64,000 nucleotides of DNA from an uncultured Bryobacter sp. (GCA_964510335.1 CAZECF010000019.1:1187-65186); one strand, 5' to 3'; counted from the first letter of the stretch, positions 36,331 through 44,940 are shown. The notes: generated by a model from the sequence alone, not told the origin. Made by a program: numbers and translations.

Positions 36331-36947
36331 TTCAAATTTTTGGGGGCTTCGCTTGGGACGTCAAGGATGCGCCACATGTACCAGGAGGCGACGCTGCGCC
36401 AGGGACGCCAGCGGTCGGCGATGGCCTCGTATTCGGGGTGTTTGGCTTGCGGCAAGAGGCCGTAGACACGCTGCATGCCGTTGCGGACGCCGAGGTCGAG
36501 GACGGGGAAAACGTCGGGACGGCGGAGGGCAAACATGAGGTACATCTGAACGGTCCAGACGCCGATGCCTTTGACGGGGGTGAGTTCAGCGAGGACTTCG
36601 TCGTCGGTGAGCCTGGGGTGGCGGGCAAAGCGGATTTGTCCGGCGGCGGTTTTTTCGGCGAGGTCGCGAATGTAGCGGGCCTTCTGGCCGGAGAGGCCGG
36701 CGGCGCGCATCTGGTCTTCGGGCAGGGCGAGGACGGCCTGGGGGTTGATGCGTCGTACCCCGCAGGCGGCTTCAAAACGTCTGAAAATGGTGTCTGCCGC
36801 TTTGCCGCTGAGTTGTTGATAAACGATGGAGCGTGTGAGGGAATGGAAGGTGGGCGGATGGTAGTCCATGGCGAAGGGCCCGAGTTGCGAGATGATTTTC
36901 TTGAGGACCGGGTCGCGACGGCCGAGATGACGAAGGGCGGTTTCCAT
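36327..36947 (-). CDS. HhH-GPD DNA glycosylase (DNA-3-methyladenine glycosylase II family)
   Basis: 206 aa. Helix-hairpin-helix VKGIGVWTVQMYLMF followed by the Asp-containing PVLDLGV block. 4-nt overlap with the downstream PSCyt gene. Confidence 0.75.
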   Translation of the reverse strand: METALRHLGRRDPVLKKIISQLGPFAMDYHPPTFHSLTRSIVYQQLSGKAADTIFRRFEAACGVRRINPQAVLALPEDQMRAAGLSGQKARYIRDLAEKTAAGQIRFARHPRLTDDEVLAELTPVKGIGVWTVQMYLMFALRRPDVFPVLDLGVRNGMQRVYGLLPQAKHPEYEAIADRWRPWRSVASWYMWRILDVPSEAPKNLK

Positions 36948-37886
36948 ATGAAGATCGAGAATAGTTTGACACGGCGGACAGTCTTGACTGGATTGGCGGG
37001 TGGCGGTTTGCTGCTGGCGCAGGACCCGGTGATCCGGGTGGATGTGCAGTTGGTGAACATCACGTTCACGGTGCGGGATAAGCGGGGCGGGCTGGTGGGG
37101 AACCTGACGCAGGATGACTTTACGGTGTTTGAGGACGGCAAGCAGCAGGAGATCAACCGCTTTCAGCGGGACAATGATTTGTCGTTGACGATCGGGTTGC
37201 TGATTGATATTTCGGGGTCGATGTACAACATCATCGGGACGGGGAAGCGGGCGGCGAGCGAATTTTTCCGGAAGGTGTTGCGAGAGAAGGATCTGGCTTT
37301 TCTGATTACCTTCGGGTCCGAGACAGAGTTAGTGCAGGATTTGACTTCGTCGCCGAACATGCTGGAACGGTCTTTGGGCAAGGTGGAAGCGCAGCGGCCG
37401 ACGCGAGTGATGACGCAGGGGCCGGTGCCGACGTCGCGAGTGCGCGGGACGCTGATGCATGATGCGATTTATCTGGCGGCGGAGGAGAAGCTGAAGAATG
37501 AGGCCGGGCGCAAGGTGATTGTGCTGCTGACGGACGGGGCGGACATGGGGAGTTACTACAAATTGGCGGATGCGCTGAAGCAGTCGCATCTGGCCGATGC
37601 GGTAGTTTACAGCTTCTTTTATTACGAGCCGATGTTCGGGAGTGATGAAGGGGCACTGAAGAAGTTGAGCGGAGATACGGGCGGACGTGTTTTCAATGTG
37701 GCCAAGCGCGGGGCGCTCGAGCAGGCCTTTGACCAGTTGCAGGAAGAGATGCGGAGCCAGTATGCGTTGTCGTACACGCCGACCAATAGCAATCAGGATG
37801 GGGGCTTCCGGCGGGTGGAGATCAAGCCGAAGGACGGGGCTTTGAAGGTGCAGGCGCGCCGGGGCTATTACGCGGCGCAGGGCTAA
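36948..37886 (+). CDS. VWA-domain protein of the acidobacterial VWFA-related type (TIGR03436-like)
   Basis: Start at ATG 36948 (MKIENSLTRRTVLTGLAGGGLLLAQ). N-terminal block VRVDVQLVNITFTVRDKRGGLV..DDFTVFEDGKQQEI. MIDAS DISGS. Confidence 0.75.
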   Translation: MKIENSLTRRTVLTGLAGGGLLLAQDPVIRVDVQLVNITFTVRDKRGGLVGNLTQDDFTVFEDGKQQEINRFQRDNDLSLTIGLLIDISGSMYNIIGTGKRAASEFFRKVLREKDLAFLITFGSETELVQDLTSSPNMLERSLGKVEAQRPTRVMTQGPVPTSRVRGTLMHDAIYLAAEEKLKNEAGRKVIVLLTDGADMGSYYKLADALKQSHLADAVVYSFFYYEPMFGSDEGALKKLSGDTGGRVFNVAKRGALEQAFDQLQEEMRSQYALSYTPTNSNQDGGFRRVEIKPKDGALKVQARRGYYAAQG

Positions 37887-37918
37887 GGCAAGGTTGGCCG
37901 CGATACGATAAAGCGCAC

Positions 37919-38887
37919 ATGCGTTTCCTCCTTCCGCTCGCTGCCCTCCTGCTCGCCACCTGCACCCGGCCCCCGGAACAGGCCAGTGCCCCCCAGCTTG
38001 AAGCCACAGCCGCCACCATCACCTCCTTTACGGAAGGCCCCACCGCGGACTCCGCTGGTAACATCTACTTCACTGAAATCATCCACCAGCGCATCATGAA
38101 GCTCTCCCCCGATGGCAAGCTCTCCGTCTTTCGCGAAAACAGCAACTCGGCGAACGGCCTGCTCATCGACCCCGACGGCCACCTCATCGCCTGCGAAGGA
38201 GCCTCCCTCAAAGGCCCGCAATTCGGTGGCTCGCCCCACGCCGAGGTCACCTTGAAGCCCCGCCTCACCCGCACGAATCTCCAGACCGGCCAAGTTGAAG
38301 TGCTCACCGACAACTTCGAGGGCCAACCCTTCGTCGGCCCCAACGACGTCACCATCGACTCCCAGAAGCGCCTCTATTTCACTGACCTGCCCGGCGGCGC
38401 CGTCTACCGCCTCGACCCTGATAAGAAAGTTACCCGCCTCCTCACTCAACCTGACATCCAGCGCCCCAACGGCATCGCCATCACCCCCGACGACAAGACC
38501 CTCTATCTCGTCGAAGCCAACAACCAGGAAGGCGGTGCCCGCATGATCCGTGCCTACGACCTCTCCCCTGCCGGCACCCTCACGAACATGCGCGTCTTTC
38601 ACAATTTCTATCCCGGCCGCAGCGCTGACGGTCTCTGCATGGATAGCCAGGCCAACCTCTACGCAGTGGCCGGGCTTCATCAGAAGCGCGGCACCAGCGA
38701 GACCCTCGACACCAAGGCAGGCGTCCACGTCTTCAACCCTGCCGGCCAACTCCAGAAGTTTATCGCCGTCCCCGAAGACACCGTCACCAACTGCACCTTC
38801 GCCGGGCCGGAGAACAAAACTCTTTACGTCACGGCCGGCAAAGGTCTCTACCGTTTTCCCAACGATATCCCCGGAACCCGCCGTTAG
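37919..38887 (+). CDS. SMP-30/gluconolactonase/LRE-family lipoprotein
   Basis: 322 aa. Lipobox LLATC. Propeller blocks GPNDVTID, PNGIAITPD, ADGLCMD. Confidence 0.8.
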   Translation: MRFLLPLAALLLATCTRPPEQASAPQLEATAATITSFTEGPTADSAGNIYFTEIIHQRIMKLSPDGKLSVFRENSNSANGLLIDPDGHLIACEGASLKGPQFGGSPHAEVTLKPRLTRTNLQTGQVEVLTDNFEGQPFVGPNDVTIDSQKRLYFTDLPGGAVYRLDPDKKVTRLLTQPDIQRPNGIAITPDDKTLYLVEANNQEGGARMIRAYDLSPAGTLTNMRVFHNFYPGRSADGLCMDSQANLYAVAGLHQKRGTSETLDTKAGVHVFNPAGQLQKFIAVPEDTVTNCTFAGPENKTLYVTAGKGLYRFPNDIPGTRR

Positions 38888-38890
38888 ACT

Positions 38891-39319
38891 TCACAGAAAG
38901 CCAAATTCTTTCCGGCGCAAAACGCCGCTCAGGGAGGTGCCAGGCGAAACCGTGTTGAAGACCGTCCCAAATTTCCTCACGTTGTCGTGCAGCAACTCGA
39001 GCCGATGATCGGTTTCGTCAGTATCGACAAGGATTTCGTAAGTGATACTTTCCATGCGCGGAGGGAGATCCTGACGGACGCCATCTACGCGCACCTCGAC
39101 GCCACGGAGGGAGAATTTGAGAATGGGCATGACGCGTTCAATGCCCTTGATCATGCAAGCGGAAAGCGCCGCGAGCAGGAGCTCGGCTGGATTGAAGCTA
39201 TCCGGGCTGCCCTGCAGATTGGTATCGAGCTGAATCTCGGCATTCTTGCATCGAGCCAGGCTGCCTTGCGAATCCACGCGCACGGCCTCAACATGAAAGG
39301 TCATTTTGGTTGTCGACAT
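38891..39319 (-). CDS. OsmC/Ohr-family peroxiredoxin-like protein
   Basis: 142 aa. FNPAELLLAALSACM block with the conserved Cys. Confidence 0.75.
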   Translation of the reverse strand: MSTTKMTFHVEAVRVDSQGSLARCKNAEIQLDTNLQGSPDSFNPAELLLAALSACMIKGIERVMPILKFSLRGVEVRVDGVRQDLPPRMESITYEILVDTDETDHRLELLHDNVRKFGTVFNTVSPGTSLSGVLRRKEFGFL

Positions 39320-39365
39320 GACTGGGCCTCAGATTCGAGTTTGTCACCTTCGGCCTCAGGCGAGA

Positions 39366-40220
39366 TTAGCGGGCGGCGAAGTAGCGTTCGATTTGTTCGT
39401 CGAGCGAGGGGAAGGGGAGAACGCTGGTTTTGTTGAGGCGGGCGTTTTCGAGCGCCGAGTACTTGGGTCGGCGGGCGGGGGTGCGGTATTCGCGTTCGTT
39501 AGTCGGGCGGAGTTCCGGATTGAGGCCGGCCCGGCGGAAGATTTTTGCCGCGTAGTCGAACCACGAAACGGGTTGGCCGCCGCCGGCGTGGAAGATACCG
39601 GTTTCCCCACGTTCGACCAGATCTGCGGTGACCCGGGCGAGTTCAGGGGCGTAGGTGGGGGACGCGATGTGGTCGTTGACGATGCGGAGGGGTGAGCTTT
39701 TTGTAGCGAGGCGCAACATGGACTCGATGAAATTGCCGCCCGCGGTGCGGACCCCGGCCGGGCCAAAGACGCCGGAAGTGCGGAGGACGAGGGCTGAGTC
39801 GCAGTAGGCCTGGGCGTAGAACTCACCGGCCAGTTTGGAAACGCCGTAGGCGCTGATGGGGCGGACGGGATCGGCTTCCGTGTAAGGACGGCCAGCGAGA
39901 CCGTCGAAGACATAGTCCGTAGAGAAGTGAACGAGGCGGGCATCGAGCTGGCGGCAGGCCACGGCAAGGTTCCGCACGGCGAGGCCGTTGACGGCGTAGG
40001 CGACCTGGGGCTCAGACTCGGCGATATCTACCTTGTTGTAGGCGGCGGCGTTGAGGACGACGTCGATTTCAAGGGAAGCGAGTTTGGCTTCGAGTTGGAG
40101 GTTGTCGGTGATGTCGGCGTCCACGCGGCGGAAGCTGTGGACGTTGTGGCCGCGCTGGTGGAAGGTTTGGACGAGTTCAACGCCGAGTTGCCCGGCGGCC
40201 CCGAAGATGGCGATTTGCAT
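39366..40220 (-). CDS. rfbD: dTDP-4-dehydrorhamnose reductase
   Basis: Start moved to ATG 40220 (MQIAIFGAAGQLG). Rossmann GxxGxxG, STDYVFDG, and YGVSKLAGE (YxxxK). Confidence 0.8.
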   Translation of the reverse strand: MQIAIFGAAGQLGVELVQTFHQRGHNVHSFRRVDADITDNLQLEAKLASLEIDVVLNAAAYNKVDIAESEPQVAYAVNGLAVRNLAVACRQLDARLVHFSTDYVFDGLAGRPYTEADPVRPISAYGVSKLAGEFYAQAYCDSALVLRTSGVFGPAGVRTAGGNFIESMLRLATKSSPLRIVNDHIASPTYAPELARVTADLVERGETGIFHAGGGQPVSWFDYAAKIFRRAGLNPELRPTNEREYRTPARRPKYSALENARLNKTSVLPFPSLDEQIERYFAAR

Positions 40221-40249
40221 GGGTACAAGGGGAAGGATAGCAGGGGCGC

Positions 40250-40277
40250 TTGCCAGTGGGTCATGACGCTGTAGAAT
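40250..40277 (+). promoter_or_regulatory. sigma-70-like promoter of hicBA (TTGCCA-16 nt-TAGAAT)
   Basis: TTGCCA at 40250-40255 and TAGAAT at 40272-40277. Only 7 nt lie between the -10 box and the hicB ATG (40285), implying a leaderless or near-leaderless mRNA. Confidence 0.4.
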
Positions 40278-40284
40278 TGGACTG

Positions 40285-40500
40285 ATGGCACGCCAATTCG
40301 ATGTTGTTATTGAGCGGGACGAGGAAGGCATGTACGTGGCTTCGGTGCCCCAACTGCCGGGGTGCCACACTGATGCGGCATCGCTCGATGAGCTGATGGT
40401 GGAGATCCGTGAAGCGATCGAGTTGTGTCTGGAAGTGCAGGGCAGTGAGTTAGCGCCCCTGGAATTCATCGGCATCCAACGCGTGACCATTGCAGCATGA
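40285..40500 (+). CDS. hicB: HicB-like (UPF0150) antitoxin
   Basis: 71 aa. FDVVIERDEEGMYVASVPQLPGCHTDAASLDELMVEIREAIELCLE matches the HicB N-terminal fold pattern. ATGA overlap with hicA. Confidence 0.7.
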   Translation: MARQFDVVIERDEEGMYVASVPQLPGCHTDAASLDELMVEIREAIELCLEVQGSELAPLEFIGIQRVTIAA

Positions 40501-40718
40501 GCACTCTCCCGCGTCCAACAGGGAAAGAGCTAATTCGGGCGCTTGAAAGGGTAGGCTTTCATGCGGAGCGAATCAGAGGAAGTCACTGCTTTCTTAAGCA
40601 TGCCGACGGTCGGACGACTGTTGTTCCCGCACGCGGCCACACATTGGGATTAGGGCTATTGCGCAAGATTCTGTCGGACTGTTCGATTGAGCCCGAACAA
40701 TTAGAGCACTTACTCTAA
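40497..40718 (+). CDS. hicA: HicA-family mRNA interferase toxin
   Basis: 73 aa. GKELIRALERVGFHAERIRGSHCFLKH (YcfA/HicA GSH block) and LLRKILSDCSI. Confidence 0.75.
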   Translation: MSTLPRPTGKELIRALERVGFHAERIRGSHCFLKHADGRTTVVPARGHTLGLGLLRKILSDCSIEPEQLEHLL

Positions 40719-40921
40719 GATTGGGAGCGGGATCCAGGCATCTTCGTATCCATGTCTTCCGTGCGCTGACATTCAATGAGCTTGCGAGCCACATCCCGGG
40801 CAATCTCAAGAGTTTCGGCCACCGTACGGCCTTGGGCAACCAAGCCTTGGACATCTTCTGAAGTTGCCAGAAAATAGCCTGCGGGGAGTTCTTCAATTTG
40901 GATGCGAACGGTCAATTCCAT
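40715..40921 (-). CDS. second HicB-like (UPF0150) protein, convergent with hicA
   Basis: 68 aa. IQIEELPAGYFLATSEDVQGLVAQGRTVAETLEIARDVARKLIE follows the same fold pattern. Its 3' end overlaps the hicA 3' end by 4 nt. Only 9 nt separate its start from the upstream GH51 stop. Confidence 0.55.
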   Translation of the reverse strand: MELTVRIQIEELPAGYFLATSEDVQGLVAQGRTVAETLEIARDVARKLIECQRTEDMDTKMPGSRSQS

Positions 40922-40930
40922 AAGTCCGCC

Positions 40931-42517
40931 CTAGCTGGCCAGATGCAGCACCGTATAGGACCCGGCCGGGAGGCGGAGGGTCATGGTGGGACCGGCGGCC
41001 GGGGCGTCGAGCCGGCGCGGGACGACGTTGGTCGGCTGGGCGAAGGTATTGATTGCTTTCATGTCCTTGCCCGTCAGGGTTTCGCAGGCCAGAACACGCT
41101 TGGGTACGGGAGACTGCCAGGTGAGCGTCAGGTCGCGCTCAGCCGCAGTATCGCGGTTCAGGATGAAGACAGCACACTCGCCGTTAGCCTGGTTGTGCGT
41201 GGCAACAACGTCAAGAAAAGGCACCTGCTGTTCCGGACGATTCCGGGCGGCACGGATCGAATAAGTCTCTGATTCAACCTGTAAATCAAGCACCCGGCCG
41301 TGAGCGTACTTGAGGCCCCAGGCATAAGGGAAGTAAATCGTCTGGCGGATGGTCTTGTCCGCGTTGGTGAGCAGGGGTGCGATGACGTTGACGATTTGCG
41401 CGAGGCAACCCACGCGGACGCGGTCTGAGCGGCGCAGCAGCGTGTTGACGAAGCCGCCGACGAGGAGGGCGTCTTCGAGGTTGTATTCTTCTTCGAGCAG
41501 ATGCGGGGCGAACTGGCGCTCGCCATTGGTGAATTTGCCGCTGCGAGCGCGGTACCAGACGTTCCATTCATCGAAGGAAAGCCAGAGGCGCTTGGGGGAT
41601 CGCTTGAGGCCCTGCACGTAATCACATACGGCGGAGACCTCGTGGATCTGCTTTTCCATGTCGAGGTTCATGGCGAGATAGCGCGAGACATCATTGCCGG
41701 TGAGTTCCTGCGTGTTGCCATAGTAGTTATGCAGTGAGATACCGTCGACCTGGTCGTAGCATTCTTCCAGTACTTCGCGGTCCCAGACGAGGTAAGTGGA
41801 CATGCCGGGGCTGGAAGAACCGCAGGCGATGAGTTTGAGATCGCGGTCGATGACGCGGAATTGCTGGGCGGCGTCGCGGGCCTTGCGGCCATATTCCCGC
41901 GCGGGCATGGTGCCAATCTGCCAGGGGCCGTCCATCTCATTGCCAAGGCACCAGTACTTCACATTGTGGGGCTGCTGGTAGCCGTGGGAGCGACGGAGGT
42001 CACTCCATTTGGTGCCCCGATCCACGTTGCAATATTCGACGTAGGCAACCTGCTCTTCGACCGAGGAGGTGCCGAAGTTGCCACCCAGCAAGGGTTCGGT
42101 GCCGACCAGCTTGGCCCATTCGATGAACTCGTTGGTGCCGAATTGATTGGTTTCGAGCGAATTCCAGGCGCGTTCGAGGACCGTGGGGCGCTGGTTGCGC
42201 GGGCCAACGCCGTCCTGCCAGTGGTAGCCGGAGACGAAGTTGCCGCCGGGGTAGCGCATGATCGGAACCTGCATGGCTTTGACTTCGGCGAGGACGTCCT
42301 GGCGGAACTGGTTGGTCTTGGGGTCCCAGACGCCTTCGTAGACGGCCCGACCGAGGTGTTCGAGAAAGGCACCAAGAACGCGGCGGTCCATGTCGCCCTT
42401 GTGGCGGGCCTGGTTGATGGTGGTGCGGGCGGGGCCACGGGTCTGGGAGAAGCCGAGGGAAGATGCCCATGTCGAGGCAGCAAGAGCTTGGAGAAAGTGG
42501 CGGCGGTCAGTAGACAT
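40931..42517 (-). CDS. GH51 alpha-L-arabinofuranosidase with twin-arginine signal
   Basis: Start moved to ATG 42517 (MSTDRRHFLQALAAS). GH51 block WCLGNEMDGPWQIG (acid/base Glu). The upstream part of the 710-aa track ORF is Pro/Arg/His-rich. Confidence 0.85.
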   Translation of the reverse strand: MSTDRRHFLQALAASTWASSLGFSQTRGPARTTINQARHKGDMDRRVLGAFLEHLGRAVYEGVWDPKTNQFRQDVLAEVKAMQVPIMRYPGGNFVSGYHWQDGVGPRNQRPTVLERAWNSLETNQFGTNEFIEWAKLVGTEPLLGGNFGTSSVEEQVAYVEYCNVDRGTKWSDLRRSHGYQQPHNVKYWCLGNEMDGPWQIGTMPAREYGRKARDAAQQFRVIDRDLKLIACGSSSPGMSTYLVWDREVLEECYDQVDGISLHNYYGNTQELTGNDVSRYLAMNLDMEKQIHEVSAVCDYVQGLKRSPKRLWLSFDEWNVWYRARSGKFTNGERQFAPHLLEEEYNLEDALLVGGFVNTLLRRSDRVRVGCLAQIVNVIAPLLTNADKTIRQTIYFPYAWGLKYAHGRVLDLQVESETYSIRAARNRPEQQVPFLDVVATHNQANGECAVFILNRDTAAERDLTLTWQSPVPKRVLACETLTGKDMKAINTFAQPTNVVPRRLDAPAAGPTMTLRLPAGSYTVLHLAS

Positions 42518-42565
42518 AGGTTTCTTTGCGAGTTTATCAACGAGTGGGGGGATAGAATCAGGGGG

Positions 42566-43291
42566 ATGAAACGGTTGCCGCTCTGGATTTTGTTGGGGAT
42601 GGCCGGGCTTGCTCCGGGCAAGGTAATCTTCCGGGCCAACTTTGAAACGGGGGATTTGAGCCAGTGGAGCCAGACGGGAACAAGGGGGCAGAACATCAAG
42701 CCCCGCAATGTCGAAGTGGTGAAGGACCCTGTGGCCGGGGGCCAATATGCCGTGCGGATGACGATCCATCAGGATGATCTGTTTAACGATCGGCAATTGC
42801 GGGTGCAGTTGGGGGGGCCGCGCATCACGGTGGAGGAAGGGAGCGAAACCTTTATGGCGTTTTCGCTCTATATGGCCGAGGCACCGAAGGACCGGGACAA
42901 CTTTTTCTATTGGGAAGGTGCTCCGCCGCCGCGCTACAACAACGTGATGACGTGGTGGGTGGAACCGAAAGAAGGGGGAGGGACGCTCATCAAATACGGG
43001 ACCGGGAATTTGGGGCGGAACGGCACGGAGTGGGAAGCGGATTTTGAGACGGGCAAGTGGCACCGGCTGGTGATGCAGGTGAAGTGGTCAGAAGACGCGG
43101 CGAAGGGGCGGGTGAAGTTGTGGTTTGACGGCAAAGTGGTGCTGGACCGGGCGCTCAAGACCAAGGGCGCGGAGAGTGTGTACTTTTGCCAGCCGGGAAT
43201 TCACCGCAGCCCGCACCGGGACTCCGTAGACACGATCTACTTTGATGACTTTGTGCTGGCCGATACGCTTGAGGATGTACTCAAGGACTAG
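42566..43291 (+). CDS. secreted concanavalin-like / polysaccharide-lyase-like protein
   Basis: Start moved to ATG 42566 (MKRLPLWILLGMAGLAPG). N-terminal FRANFETGDLSQWSQ is reminiscent of the Polysacc_lyase (PF14099) family. Weak family call. Confidence 0.5.
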   Translation: MKRLPLWILLGMAGLAPGKVIFRANFETGDLSQWSQTGTRGQNIKPRNVEVVKDPVAGGQYAVRMTIHQDDLFNDRQLRVQLGGPRITVEEGSETFMAFSLYMAEAPKDRDNFFYWEGAPPPRYNNVMTWWVEPKEGGGTLIKYGTGNLGRNGTEWEADFETGKWHRLVMQVKWSEDAAKGRVKLWFDGKVVLDRALKTKGAESVYFCQPGIHRSPHRDSVDTIYFDDFVLADTLEDVLKD

Positions 43292-43581
43292 TTGCCGGAG
43301 GATTTGAACTCAACGCTGATTTCAAGGAGATTCGGCGAATCGCCCTCGTTCGGGAGGGGGCGGCAATTGAGGACCTGGCCCCGGGAACTATCCCCTGAAG
43401 CATCGACGGCATCGGCCCATTCGACGAAGACGCCGACGGGGATGGGCTCGCTCGATTCGAAGACAGCAACATTTCCATCACGCTCCCGAAGAGAAACGGG
43501 GATCGATTTGCCATTGTCGCTGAAGACATGCAAGGTGCGGCGTTTGGCTAGCAGGAAGTTCACACTGCACTTATCGCCCAA
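43288..43581 (-). CDS. small hypothetical protein
   Basis: 97 aa. The minus-strand translation has balanced composition, whereas the mirror plus-strand ORF (43292..43585) is Ser/Arg/Thr/Pro-rich. PilZ-like at best. Confidence 0.4.
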   Translation of the reverse strand: MGDKCSVNFLLAKRRTLHVFSDNGKSIPVSLRERDGNVAVFESSEPIPVGVFVEWADAVDASGDSSRGQVLNCRPLPNEGDSPNLLEISVEFKSSGN

Positions 43582-43603
43582 ATGAGCCGGACCTGGAGGG
43601 AAT

Positions 43604-43984
43604 CTATTTTGAGGTGAAGAGGAGCCAGAGGCCGAGGGCGACCAGACCGGGGAGCAGGAGATCGCTCAAGCGACCAACGCTCCAGTTGTGAAGCAGGAAG
43701 CGTGGCGGGGCCGGCAGGCTGGGCTGCTCCGGCTCACCAATGCTGCGGCGGAGGAAATCGGCGCGAAGGCGGCTCTTGAGCGGGCTGGGCTGGCCGTTGA
43801 GAATCTTGCGGATCTCTGCGCGTCCACCACGGTCCGCAATCAGAATCGTGGCGCTGTTCATGCCGCGAGTGGAGTGGATGAGCTTTTTGCGCAGGGGGGA
43901 AGGAATTTCTTCCGGATAGCGGAAGACCTGGGTCGTTTTCCCCATCGCAATATAAACGGTCGTGCGCTTGATGGTGGTGCTCAA
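43604..43984 (-). CDS. hypothetical protein with C-terminal TM anchor
   Basis: 126 aa. TTG start overlapping the LysR stop (TTGA). C-terminal LLLPGLVALGLWLLF. Confidence 0.4.
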   Translation of the reverse strand: MSTTIKRTTVYIAMGKTTQVFRYPEEIPSPLRKKLIHSTRGMNSATILIADRGGRAEIRKILNGQPSPLKSRLRADFLRRSIGEPEQPSLPAPPRFLLHNWSVGRLSDLLLPGLVALGLWLLFTSK

Positions 43985-44901
43985 TCGCCGACTCCGACCA
44001 GACCATGGGGACGGCCGGAATCGCCAGCCTGGTCCAGAATGACCTGGATGAAGCCCAGTGCGGCGCGGCTGAGGGCTTTATCTTTGCGGTAGATGAGACC
44101 GAGGCGACGGATCATTGGTTCCGGGCCGAGCGAGAGGGTGACGAGTTTGCCAGCGGCGACTTCTTCCCGGCAGTGGGAAGCGGCCAAAAAGCTGATGCCA
44201 AGACCGGCCATGACAAAGCGTTTGATCATTTCAGTGGAATCGAGTTCCATGGATACCTGTAATTGCTCTTCGACGGCTTCGAGCCACGAGTTTAGCTTGG
44301 CGCGCGTAGTTCCTGCTTTGGGCAGAAGAAGAGGGAAGGCGGCGATATCGGCGGCAAGGACCTGACGCTTGCTAGCAAGCGGGTGATCGACCGGAACAAG
44401 GAGGCGGATTTCGTCGGAATGGATCTTTACGATCTGGCACTTTTTCGCGTCCACGGGGAGTTGGGTAATGCCAAAATCGGCAAGATTTTCCTGGACGGCC
44501 TGAAGAACGCGCGAACCATAAGAGCGGTCGACATGGAGCTGGACGTTGGGGAATTGCCGCTTGTATTCGCTGAAGACTTCCGGCAGAACGTAGATACAGG
44601 TAGCCTCGTTGGCAGCGATGATGAGCTCGCCACGGGGGACGCGCTCGAGTTCCTGAATGGATTCCTGGGCGCGGCGGCGGAGGTCCAGAATCTGCTCGGA
44701 ATATTCGGCAAATATCTTGCCGGCGGGGGTGAGAGCGATGCGGGTTCCGAGGCGTTCAAAGAGACTGGTATTGAGTTCCTGTTCCAGTTGGCGGACTTGG
44801 GCACTGATGGCGGGTTGCGTGCGAAAACACGTCTGTGCCGCCTTCGAGAAACTCTTAAGCCGTACGATTTCGAGAAAGGTATGAAGTTGGTCCAGATCCA
44901 T
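43981..44901 (-). CDS. LysR-family transcriptional regulator
   Basis: 306 aa. wHTH FSKAAQTCFRTQPAISAQVRQLE plus a LysR substrate-binding domain. Confidence 0.9.
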   Translation of the reverse strand: MDLDQLHTFLEIVRLKSFSKAAQTCFRTQPAISAQVRQLEQELNTSLFERLGTRIALTPAGKIFAEYSEQILDLRRRAQESIQELERVPRGELIIAANEATCIYVLPEVFSEYKRQFPNVQLHVDRSYGSRVLQAVQENLADFGITQLPVDAKKCQIVKIHSDEIRLLVPVDHPLASKRQVLAADIAAFPLLLPKAGTTRAKLNSWLEAVEEQLQVSMELDSTEMIKRFVMAGLGISFLAASHCREEVAAGKLVTLSLGPEPMIRRLGLIYRKDKALSRAALGFIQVILDQAGDSGRPHGLVGVGD

Positions 44902-44940
44902 GAAGCTCTAACGGAGAACCGTTCCGGGGGAAATCGTTTC

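Noticed and set aside
34057-36465. 802-aa plus-strand ORF, and similar ORFs at 33284..34213, 51027..52439 and 54364..55548
   Set aside because: All are antisense to the PSCyt/DUF1553 and DUF1501 genes. They are Gly/Ala/Glu/Val-rich with no recognisable domains, whereas the minus-strand products have signal peptides, haem motifs and paralogy to each other.
39366-40490. 374-aa version of the rfbD ORF, and 710-aa version of the GH51 ORF (40931..43063)
   Set aside because: The N-terminal extensions are low-complexity and run antisense to hicB and the lyase-like gene respectively. Canonical N-termini (Rossmann GxxGxxG, Tat signal) begin at internal ATGs 40220 and 42517.
43292-43585. 97-aa plus-strand ORF mirroring 43288..43581
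   Set aside because: Its translation is Ser/Arg/Thr/Pro-rich, which is typical of an antisense frame. The minus-strand product has balanced composition. Both remain low-confidence.
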